A stretch of DNA of 38,249 nt from Eubacteriales bacterium (GTDB taxonomy: Bacteria; Bacillota; Clostridia; Oscillospirales; CAG-272), in the NCBI GenBank assembly GCA_045612465.1, contig JAZKZC010000083.1, positions 1-38,249 of the forward strand. Reading direction: 5' to 3'. The stretch's first letter is position 1; every line of letters starts with the position of its first letter. The notes under the pieces are model-generated. The model ran no database searches, was not told where the DNA came from, and saw only the letters and a list, made by a program, of their open reading frames with translations. The position numbers and the translations under genes are program-made. Of this stretch, positions 1 to 8,800 are shown piece after piece.

Positions 1-623
1 AGCTTGTATTTATCCTTGACAGAAGCGGTTCGATGTCAGGACTCGAAAGCGATACCGTCGGCGGATTCAACGCAATGATAGAAAGGCAGAAGAAGCAGGA
101 TGGCGAATGTTACGTTTCAACGGTGCTTTTTGATAACGTCAGTGAAGTTTTGCACGACCGTGTAAAGCTTGCCGATATTCCGAAAATGACAGAGAAAGAT
201 TACACAGTGCGCGGCTGTACCGCGCTCATTGACGCGATAGGCGGCGCCATTCACCATATTGGCAACATTCATAAGTACGCAAGGCACGAAGATGTTCCCG
301 AACGCACGCTGTTCGTTATAACGACGGACGGAATGGAAAACGCAAGCCGCAGATATTCCGCAGATGACGTAAGACGTATGATAAATGAAAAGAAAAAGCT
401 CGGATGGGAATTTCTTTTCTTGGGGGCGAATATTGATTCTGTGCAAACAGCGTCAAGACTCGGAATAGACGAAGACCGTGCAGTTGATTTCAAATGCGAC
501 AGCGAGGGCACAAAGCTCAATTATTCGGTCGTTTCCGAAACGATAACGTCATTCAGAGCATCCCGCCCGATAAACTCCGGTTGGAAAAGAAAAATAGAAG
601 AAGACCACAAAAAAAGAGGATAA
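1..623 (+). CDS. vWA domain-containing protein (5'-truncated by window edge)
   Basis: The frame is open upstream of ATG 33 and reads LVFILDRSGSMSG (DxSxS MIDAS motif). It also has TALIDAIG, VITTDGMENAS and WEFLFLGAN, typical of small vWA proteins. Stop TAA at 621-623. Confidence 0.9.
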   Translation, partial: LVFILDRSGSMSGLESDTVGGFNAMIERQKKQDGECYVSTVLFDNVSEVLHDRVKLADIPKMTEKDYTVRGCTALIDAIGGAIHHIGNIHKYARHEDVPERTLFVITTDGMENASRRYSADDVRRMINEKKKLGWEFLFLGANIDSVQTASRLGIDEDRAVDFKCDSEGTKLNYSVVSETITSFRASRPINSGWKRKIEEDHKKRG

Positions 624-633
624 TACGAACCTG

Positions 634-692
634 AAAACGCAAAAAGAAACAGAATGTCCGGATTTCGGCATTCTGTTTCTTTTTGCCGTTTT
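634..692 (+). terminator. Long inverted repeat, likely intrinsic terminator after the vWA gene
   Basis: Perfect 18-bp arms GCAAAAAGAAACAGAATG (639-656) and CATTCTGTTTCTTTTTGC (669-686), extended by CCG/CGG inside and AAAACG/CGTTTT outside. Confidence 0.7.
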
Positions 693-711
693 ACAACTTG
701 TTTATATTCCG

Positions 712-987
712 ATGAATACTCGTTGCACAGGAACACATTATTATACCGTGAGAAAGAAAGGAAAAGAGATAAGACAGAAAAATCCGGAATTTTCACTTCT
801 TGCCGTTCTTGCAAAAAGCAAAAATACGGCTATATCGAGAAACGATCTGCTCGGTCTTGTGTGGGGCGTCAATTATCTCGGTGAAACGAGAACGGTTGAT
901 GTACATATCGGTCAATTGAGAAAAAAACTCGGTCTGCGCGACTGTATCAGGACAATACCGAAGCTCGGATACAGATTAGAGGATTAA
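712..987 (+). pseudogene. OmpR/PhoB-type winged-helix DNA-binding domain only (response-regulator remnant or solo effector)
   Basis: EFSLLAVL...SRNDLLGLVWG...TRTVDVHIGQLRKKL...IRTIPKLGYRLE is a clear Trans_reg_C pattern. There is no receiver domain, no SD sequence before ATG 712 and no adjacent kinase. Confidence 0.65.
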
Positions 988-991
988 AAAG

Positions 992-1030
992 AAAATGCGC
1001 AGACGGGAGAATATCCGCCTTACGCATTTT
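992..1030. terminator. Imperfect hairpin between convergent genes
   Basis: AAAATGCG (992-999) pairs with CGCATTTT (1023-1030), with partial inner pairing. Confidence 0.45.
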
Positions 1031-1036
1031 AAAATA

Positions 1037-1624
1037 TCATTCCACAATGAATTTTCCGAAAAATTCGGGACGGTGGAAGTCGGGTTTTTCACACGTTGCT
1101 CTGTTCCACATGCCGTAGTGGGGAACATCACATTCATCACCGCATTTGTATGCGTTTCCGTAAAATTCATATCCTGCAGGTATATCGGAAATTCCGTATA
1201 CCTTTTTTATTATCTCATAAGGCATCGTCACCGTTGCCTGCCAGATACCGCCTTTTTTCTCCGCTGTAACAGAGGGAAGCATACCGCAAAGCTGCAAAAG
1301 CGGTGTTCTTTCGTGTCTGCCCTCGCCGTAGGCGATAAGCGATGCACCGATGCTGTTTACCTCGCAGTTGATATAACCGCCTTCGGCATACGATGCAAAA
1401 AACTCAAGACAGCTGTCCTTGTAAACGGGAGCCATATATCCCTCGTGTTCGGCTTTCGGAGAGGCTTCCTCGCAGGTAAGCTGAATTATAAATTCATTTT
1501 CCGTATGTACGGCTTTGAAATATGCAACCGGGCAGTATTCGGTGCCCCAGGGGTATTCGTTTATAAATGCTTTTTCGACATTTTCCCAGCTTCCGCTATA
1601 TTTTTTGATGATGTATTCTTTCAT
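1037..1624 (-). CDS. Carbohydrate-binding family 9-like (DOMON-like) protein
   Basis: Motifs VYKDSCLEFF, YINCEVN, GNAYKCGD and PDFHRPEFFG. Start moved to ATG 1624 (MKEYII), which has AAGGAGA upstream at 1633-1639. Confidence 0.8.
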   Translation of the reverse strand: MKEYIIKKYSGSWENVEKAFINEYPWGTEYCPVAYFKAVHTENEFIIQLTCEEASPKAEHEGYMAPVYKDSCLEFFASYAEGGYINCEVNSIGASLIAYGEGRHERTPLLQLCGMLPSVTAEKKGGIWQATVTMPYEIIKKVYGISDIPAGYEFYGNAYKCGDECDVPHYGMWNRATCEKPDFHRPEFFGKFIVE

Positions 1625-1637
1625 TTTTATATCTCCT

Positions 1638-2750
1638 TTATCCGAAAGTAACGTCGGATTTTCTTGTTTTTGATGCAACACAGACGAATGTTTTTCCTCG
1701 GCAAATTTCAAGCTCCTGCTTGTTGGCTTGATAATATCTGAACGGAACGTCCGTGCTTTCTCTTTCCCACGTTATCGGTATATATTTGCCCCTGCAAACG
1801 TAGTAACCGCTTCCCGAACCCGTGGTTGCTATATCCAATTCGCCCGATGTCTTGTTTATAACCGAATGTTCAGCAAACAGTACGATTATATTTGTAAAGC
1901 GGAGCGGTGTACCGTCGTTATCCTTGTGAACGTCACCGTACTGGTATCTCGTATAAGTGTTTGTAAGAGTTGAATATTCAAAGTACGGTGCCATTGACGT
2001 TGAATAGGGAACGGTCAGTTTTACACATACGTCGCCGTCAAGTGAATAATCGGAATAATAGTCCGAAAAGTTCATCGTAAGTGACGTTTTTACATTGTTT
2101 TCCGTTCTTATTCCGCTTTGCTTTACCTTTGCGAATACCTGATCGCCTACGGCTACGATACTGCTTGAATAGCCTCTTTCGTTTACAAGTGTTTCGTCGC
2201 GTCTGAACGTGGGCGCCATTTCACCGAGGACTGCATCCACGCAATCAATTCCGTCTTCCTTTTGCGCCGTCTTTCCGTAGGAAGATGAGCCCGCCTGAAC
2301 GAATATAGCATCGTGCGCGTCTGCAAAATCAAAGAAATATGCCCTTGAATCTATGACGGGGCCTATGTCAGTCATATGCGAATAATCGGAGTATAAGGCG
2401 AGCAAACGCGTCATTCCGCCTTCTACCGCCGCTTCGTATATGATGTCAGCCTGCGCGATGCCAACCTGAGGCGCACCCGTTCGGTCATTTTTGAGAACGA
2501 CCGCCGCAGGCCTTTTTGTAAGATTGTCATAAAGTGCCGTGGTTTCACCCGTCAACGGGTTTGTATAATATTTTACGTTTGGCGCAGGAGTTTCCGTTTC
2601 CGCGGTTGACGTTGTTATTTCATCGGTTGAAGCTGCTGTTATTTCACTTGTGCTGTCAGCGGTTGTATCGTTCGTCGTGCTTTCGGCGCATCCCGAAAGA
2701 ATAAGCGAAGCGAGCAATACGAGTGACAAAGCTGAACTTTTCTTTTTCAT
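1638..2750 (-). CDS. DUF3048 (YerB-like) lipoprotein
   Basis: Lipobox LILSGC, a Thr/Ser-rich linker, then NPLTG...RPAAVVLKN...PQVGIAQADIIYEAAVEGGMTRLLA. Confidence 0.88.
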   Translation of the reverse strand: MKKKSSALSLVLLASLILSGCAESTTNDTTADSTSEITAASTDEITTSTAETETPAPNVKYYTNPLTGETTALYDNLTKRPAAVVLKNDRTGAPQVGIAQADIIYEAAVEGGMTRLLALYSDYSHMTDIGPVIDSRAYFFDFADAHDAIFVQAGSSSYGKTAQKEDGIDCVDAVLGEMAPTFRRDETLVNERGYSSSIVAVGDQVFAKVKQSGIRTENNVKTSLTMNFSDYYSDYSLDGDVCVKLTVPYSTSMAPYFEYSTLTNTYTRYQYGDVHKDNDGTPLRFTNIIVLFAEHSVINKTSGELDIATTGSGSGYYVCRGKYIPITWERESTDVPFRYYQANKQELEICRGKTFVCVASKTRKSDVTFG

Positions 2751-2801
2751 TTTCTTCTCCTTTTCTGCCGTATAAGATATTCGGAGTGACTACTTGATTT
2801 A

Positions 2802-2830
2802 ATTATAATCATAATATTTCACCCGTTCAA
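2802..2830 (-). promoter_or_regulatory. sigma-A promoter for the DUF3048/CBM9-like operon
   Basis: Minus strand TTGAAC-17 bp-TATAAT. Confidence 0.6.
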
Positions 2831-2840
2831 TAAGAAATTG

Positions 2841-3782
2841 TTAATTTCCAAATACGGTTGATATGTATTTTCGGCTTGAATCGGGAGAATATTGCCAGAA
2901 ATCAATGTGCTTTTCCGATTCGGGTATAAAATATTTTATCTGTTTTTCTTCCGTCGGCTCTTTTAAAGATGACACGATTACGAGCTTGATTTTCATTTTT
3001 TCGGGATTCATACTTTTTATATACACAGCCGCCTCGGAGCCTGCGGTTATACCGTCGCTATATTCTGCAAGTCCTGCAAGGTTCGGGGCAAGCTCAATAA
3101 AAATACCGTATTCTTCAACGCTTCTGATGATTCCGCTTACCGTCTGACCCTGCGTGAACATATTGCAGTTTTCTTCCCATGTTCCGAAAAGCTCTTTGGT
3201 TGAAATATATAGCCTTTTATTCTCTTTGTCTTTTTGTTTGACGACACAGCGCAGGGAAGTACCTACCGGAAATCTTTCATTCGGATGGTTTATCCGTGAA
3301 ACGGAAATACAGTCTATCGGTAAAAGTGCTATCATTCCGCATCCTATGTCGGCGAATGCCCCGAAATGCTCCGTGTGCGTGATGCGGCAGGGAATTATAT
3401 CGCCGCAGTTGAGTGTTGACAAAAAATTGTCATAACATTCTTTTTGTGCCGATGAACGTGACAGAATGGCTTTTTTTCTTCCGTTTTCGCTTATAATGTC
3501 CTTGACGTGAAAGCAAACGGGCTTCCCGACGCGCGTCAGAACGGCAATGTCCTTTACTTCACTTCCGTCGGGTGAAAAAACGGCTTCCTCTTTCGGGATA
3601 AAGCCGATTATCTCGCCGCCCAAATTGACGGTCAGATTCATATTTTTATCGCATACAACGGCACGCCCTTCAAGTATTCTGCCATCTTCTTTTGCTTTTT
3701 CAAGCAGGGATACATCCTTACAAAAGCGTGTGTTTTCCTCATTTAAAATATATTCGCCCTCGGGCAAATAAAGATTTTGCAT
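2841..3782 (-). CDS. S1 RNA-binding domain protein (three S1-like repeats)
   Basis: Repeats GRILEGRAV..., GDIIPCRITHTEHFGAFADIG and GQTVSGIIRSVEEYGIFIEL. RBS GGAGG upstream. Confidence 0.85.
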   Translation of the reverse strand: MQNLYLPEGEYILNEENTRFCKDVSLLEKAKEDGRILEGRAVVCDKNMNLTVNLGGEIIGFIPKEEAVFSPDGSEVKDIAVLTRVGKPVCFHVKDIISENGRKKAILSRSSAQKECYDNFLSTLNCGDIIPCRITHTEHFGAFADIGCGMIALLPIDCISVSRINHPNERFPVGTSLRCVVKQKDKENKRLYISTKELFGTWEENCNMFTQGQTVSGIIRSVEEYGIFIELAPNLAGLAEYSDGITAGSEAAVYIKSMNPEKMKIKLVIVSSLKEPTEEKQIKYFIPESEKHIDFWQYSPDSSRKYISTVFGN

Positions 3783-3812
3783 AACAACCTCCGTTTTTAA
3801 GTCTTTGATTAA

Positions 3813-3841
3813 ATTGTATTAATCATGTTCGCGGAATATGC
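3813..3841 (-). promoter_or_regulatory. Possible sigma-E-type (sporulation) promoter of the S1-domain gene
   Basis: Minus strand GCATA-16 nt-AATACAAT, compared with the Bacillus sigma-E consensus ATA-16/18-cATAcanT. Confidence 0.4.
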
Positions 3842-3919
3842 GTTAAATATAATTTTACAGTATGAGGTTGTTTTGTGAATGTAATTTGGTGTAAAATTAA
3901 GGAAAAGGAGTGACGCATT

Positions 3920-4807
3920 ATGAAATTTTTAAGTTTTATACTCATATTGACATTTATACTGTGCGGGTGTACTGGAGAATACGGCGATGCGACGACACCT
4001 GATACCTCCGAAAAAACGGATGTGACGGAGAAGCTTCCGCCTCTTACCGTCATTTTCGGTGACGTCGGCAAGGCTGATTTTATTCTTTTGTCGTGCAACG
4101 GTGAATATGCGGTGATAGATGCGGGATATAAAAAAAGCTATGACTACGTTGAAAAAACACTTTTGAAGCAGGGTGTTGAAAAATTGAAATACGTGATAGC
4201 CACCCACCCCGATAAGGACCATATCGGCGGTATGGCGAAGCTTATAAAAAACTTCGGTGTCGAACAGCTTTATATCAGTCCGAGGTCAAACGACAGCGAC
4301 GAATATGAAAAAATGATAAAAAGGGCAAACGAGAAAAATGTTCCCGTTGTCACGGCGAAGGTCGGAGACGTTCTTGAGGTGGGCGGTGCAACGCTCACGA
4401 CGTATTCACCCGATGAGTCGCTTCTGATGCTTGACGATGACAATGAAGCGTCCGTTGTCCAGATGCTTGAATACGGAAATACAAGGGTGATTTTTATGGG
4501 CGACGGACAGCTTATATGTGAGAGCATTCTGATGAATTCGGGACTTGATCTGACGGCAGACGTTATAAAGATCGCTCATCACGGTTCAGCAAAATCAAGC
4601 ACAGAGGGATTTTTGAAAACTGTCGGCGCAAAATATGCCGTTATCTCAGCAGGAAATGACGACGCAGAGGAATACCCGTCGCAGGCTGTTTTTGAAAAGA
4701 TCAAGGATATGGTCACGGAGGTGTACCGTACTGACCGCGACGGCGGTATAATTATGAAAACAGACGGAATCAATATAGAATTTGAAAGGGGGTACACACC
4801 CGAATGA
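3920..4807 (+). CDS. ComEC/Rec2-like metallo-beta-lactamase-fold hydrolase, lipoprotein
   Basis: Lipobox LCGC; motifs DVGKAD, IDAG, THPDKDHIGG, FMGDG, KIAHHGS and YRTDRDG. Confidence 0.9.
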   Translation: MKFLSFILILTFILCGCTGEYGDATTPDTSEKTDVTEKLPPLTVIFGDVGKADFILLSCNGEYAVIDAGYKKSYDYVEKTLLKQGVEKLKYVIATHPDKDHIGGMAKLIKNFGVEQLYISPRSNDSDEYEKMIKRANEKNVPVVTAKVGDVLEVGGATLTTYSPDESLLMLDDDNEASVVQMLEYGNTRVIFMGDGQLICESILMNSGLDLTADVIKIAHHGSAKSSTEGFLKTVGAKYAVISAGNDDAEEYPSQAVFEKIKDMVTEVYRTDRDGGIIMKTDGINIEFERGYTPE

Positions 4808-5607
4808 CAGGAGTTTTTAAATGTCCGGTGTGCGGAAATGCGCTTCAAAGGGACGGTGTAACGCTTAAATGCGAAAAAAGACACAGTTATGATATTTCAT
4901 CGTCGGGACACGTGAATCTCGCTATGCAACAAAGCGGAAAAACGCACGGAGATGACACGTTTATGGTTATGGCGCGCCGTGATTTTCTTTCATCGGGTTA
5001 TTACGAGCCTTTGCGCACGGCAGTTTGTGAGGCGGTAAACGGTAAGACCGTGCTTGACGCAGGATGCGGTGAGGGGTATTATACCCGAATGCTTGCGGAA
5101 AACGTGTGCGTTGAAAAGGTCTACGGCATCGATATATCAAAAAAAGCGGTACAGTATGCTTCAAAGCTGTGCAAAGGGGATAAATTCGGTACATTTTGTG
5201 TGGGAAGCGTTTACTCTATGCCTTATCTTGATTCATCATTTGATACTGTCGTTAATATTTTTTCGCCCCTTGCACTTGATGAATATAAGCGCGTGCTCAA
5301 AAAAGACGGCACGCTCGTGCTTGCAGTACCGAACCCCGACCATCTTTTGGAGCTGAAAGAAAGGGTGTACGAAGACGTACGCGTGAAAGAGGAGTCCGAT
5401 GATATACTCGACGGCTTTACGCTTTGTGAAAAAAAGAGGGTTTGTTATAAATTCACTCCCGAAACGGGCAAAACCGTCGCCGACCTTTTTGCTATGACAC
5501 CGTATTACTACACGACACCTGCAGAAAAAAGAGAAAAGCTTTCGGATATAACACCGTTTGAAATAACAGCAGATTTTTCCGTCATCATATACCTCAAAAA
5601 CGGTTGA
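4804..5607 (+). CDS. rlmA: 23S rRNA m1G745/748 methyltransferase (RlmA family)
   Basis: N-terminal zinc finger CPVC...CEKRHSYD, then GHVNL, ARRDFLSSGYY, SAM motif LDAGCGEGYY and LFAMTPYYY. ATGA overlap with the upstream gene. Confidence 0.88.
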   Translation: MTGVFKCPVCGNALQRDGVTLKCEKRHSYDISSSGHVNLAMQQSGKTHGDDTFMVMARRDFLSSGYYEPLRTAVCEAVNGKTVLDAGCGEGYYTRMLAENVCVEKVYGIDISKKAVQYASKLCKGDKFGTFCVGSVYSMPYLDSSFDTVVNIFSPLALDEYKRVLKKDGTLVLAVPNPDHLLELKERVYEDVRVKEESDDILDGFTLCEKKRVCYKFTPETGKTVADLFAMTPYYYTTPAEKREKLSDITPFEITADFSVIIYLKNG

Positions 5608-5621
5608 ATTCATTTGTAGTG

Positions 5622-5659
5622 AAAAACTCGGATAAACGATCAGTTTATCCGAGTTTTTT
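5622..5659 (+). terminator. Intrinsic terminator
   Basis: AAAAACTCGGATAAAC-GATCA-GTTTATCCGAGTTTTTT. Confidence 0.85.
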
Positions 5660-5713
5660 ATATTTGCTTTGAAAATGTAATGGTTAAACGTAAAATTTAT
5701 TCACATCGGTGTG

Positions 5714-5742
5714 TTGACTTTTTGGAGTATATATGGTAATAT
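5714..5742 (+). promoter_or_regulatory. sigma-A promoter of the giant surface protein gene
   Basis: TTGACT-17 bp-TAATAT with an extended -10 TG. Confidence 0.65.
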
Positions 5743-5805
5743 ATCAATACTATATTACACAAATGATTACGGTAAATGTTTTTTAAACACGAAAGGAATA
5801 TTGCA

Positions 5806-8800
5806 ATGAAAGGATACAGCGCTTTGAAACGGATATTGAGCTTTGTACTCGTTTTCGTTTTTATGCTTCCCGTGGTGACGGAATCTGCGTTACCCGCACT
5901 TGCTTACGATCACGTTTATTATGAGCTGGAAACAAAAAGGATAGATAAGGCATCACTTCCGGACGGAAACGTCGTTTATTTCGGTACGGTGTCGGCAACT
6001 CTTGACGAATCGAACCGTTACTATACGGTGTCGGTATACCGAGAGGGTGATATATCAACGGAGGCGACGGTAGATATACATACCGTTGATATGACTGCGC
6101 TTTATAGCAAGGACTATTCACTTGTTATGGCAGGCACGTCAGAATATCCGAGTGATAAAAATATACTCCAGACGTACGTGGAGGGTGTTTTATCAGCTGA
6201 GGAGCTTCTTGAAAACGGTGTGAAACTTGAGAATTCCCTGGAAGAGCTTACACAGCAAGAAGATGCCGATTCGGTTACAAAAACCGAAAAAAGCTCATTG
6301 GCACAGCTGAAGGAAGATGCAACGGGTGAGGCAACGAGAGATACGTATCCCACTGAATCCGTTGATATGCTGCAGTCGGTGATCGACGGTGTGACCCCTG
6401 AGGTTGTCAGCGAGTTCGACCATTCATCAAGTGTGACGCTCAAATTCAAAGCGGGCGAGGATGAAAAGAAGGTATCGTTCAGAATTATGGATGATGATGT
6501 GTCAGAAGGGGACGAAAACTTCTCTCTGCTTTTAACGAATGCCGTCGGCGCTGAGGTGTACGAGGTGCCGAGCATTTCCGTAGTGATCAAGGATAACGAG
6601 CCCGTTGTACGCTCGGAAATATCATTTACAAAGACCGATTATGATTCAAACGGTGATACCGTAACGCTCGAAATAGCGAGAACGGGTGCCGAATATTCGC
6701 TCGTCGATATGCGTATCTACACGTCGGGCGATACGGCAAAGGCGGGTATAAACTATGAAGCGCTCGATACGACGCTCGCGTTTATGCCTTACGAAATGAC
6801 GAAAAAGGTAAAGCTGAATGTTGCGGGTGAGGGTGATTTTTCGGTTACGCTTGATGATTTCAAGGCTTGCTATGCAGGTAAGACCGTTTCGGCGCAGATC
6901 AATATTTCAAAAGCCAACGGCGCACCCGATCTGCTTACATCCTCTGAGAAAAGCACATTCACGATTTACTTTGGCGAAAATATAAACGGCACAAATAAGC
7001 TTTATACGGTTGAATATACACCCGGCGAGCCTACGGGAAGGATAATGGATACATCGTACGAGCCTGCTGTTGAGGTCGGCTGTTATTACTTTGCTCTGTC
7101 ATCCGATAAAGGCGGTTATTTCCATTATTCGACAAGCCAGTACAGCGGTGACAAACCCGGCGGTCTTGGAACGCTTGAGTGTGTTTACGTTGATACGGGA
7201 ACACAGCATACATCCTATGGCGATGTTGCATATTACAGCGGATTTACAAGAAAAACGGGAAAAATCTGGACGCTCAGCGACGTTAAGATGCCCGGTGTGT
7301 ACTATCAGTACGTTGCCGGCGATATACAGTCAACGTCAAGTTTCGGCGGCGGTCAGAAATTCAGAATAAACTCAACGACGCTCGGTAAGAACGATTACGT
7401 CGGAGGAAAATTTGACAGAAACGCAGTTGATGCCGTCATCAGAATGGATAATATCCAAAGCACCAAAGACAATAAAATGTTCCATGTTTCGTTTGATGCT
7501 ATTGATGACGAAAAGAACAGAACACCTAAATCGTATCTCAGAGTTTTCGGTGTTGCGGCAATGTATAAGCGTTATGCCATAAGCATAAGCGATCCCGAAC
7601 AGCTCAAATATCTTACGGGAAATGTAAACGACGGTGAGCCTGAATACTCAATGTTCACACCCGTGCAGATGACAGTAAAATGCGGCGCACAGCCTGCCAT
7701 CGGCCCGGGTCAGACGCGTGATATATATGCAAATCCCGACTCGGCTGTGACAAATCTCGTGTTTACGGAAAACGAGGTTACGGTAAACGGAAATTCGGGT
7801 AAGTTCGGCATACTCAGAGGATATAAAATAACCATAAATCCCGATGCCGGCGAAAATGCCGTAACGGTTACGTACCCCGATGATTTTTTGAAATATCTTG
7901 ATGATGGGGCGGCAGACAAAGGCGCCTGTGCCGATTATTCATCTGCGGCTGTTGAAAAACAGAAGAAAAAGATACTTGAAAACCTCACCTCTGTTCCTTA
8001 CGATTCGTATTTCATAGATTGGATAGATTCGCTTCAGAAGGAAGTTGTCAACTATGGTCTCGGCTATTACCAGAAGCTTCATTTCAAGCCTCTGTACGAA
8101 TACGAAATGGTGAACGTAAAAGTTCTCGGCGCTGCAGGCGGAGTCGATGCGGCGTTTGCAAGTTCAAGCATCTCAAATAAAGGCGATTATATATTCCACG
8201 TAGGCGACATGCTCGATCTTCGCGCGTTAAGTAACGATATACATTACCGTGCCGTAGGTTATGAGTATTCTACCGATGAAGGTGTAAATTACTACAGATT
8301 CCCCGGACTTTCAACACTTTGCCTGTCTGGCGGTAAAACAAAAGGATACTACATCCGTCCCGCAGTTGATGAAAACGACAACAGAATAGAGATAAAATTC
8401 AAAAACGGGGCAGAGAAGTATTTTACCGTCAACGGAATAGAATATCAGGGATTCGTTGATGATTCCACGCTCAGCGCAAACGGACTCGGCGGAAAACACA
8501 TACTCAATATAAACAAGTTCGGCGCTGATATACTTGAGATAATGAACCCGATTTCCGGCGAGATATACACGATTGACATCGTTTCGATCGCAGACGATGA
8601 CGAATACGTATATATCCCCGTCATAACGGATAGTATGACCGATACGGTCTATAAAACAAAGCAGTTACACTTTGAAGCGCGTTCGAATAAAGACGACAAC
8701 GTGCTTATACTCGACTACGAAAAAGTCCTTAAAAGCGATATGGTCAAATTTTCCGTAAACGGTTCTGTGGTTACGAATTATCCCACAATACTCGATACGG

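Noticed and set aside
654-884. 76-aa ORF as a possible frameshifted N-terminus of the response regulator
   Set aside because: It starts inside the hairpin and shows no receiver-domain features (no acidic pair, Asp or KP motif).
995-1651. 218-aa plus-strand ORF
   Set aside because: Shadow of the CBM9-like gene; composition is typical of an antisense frame.
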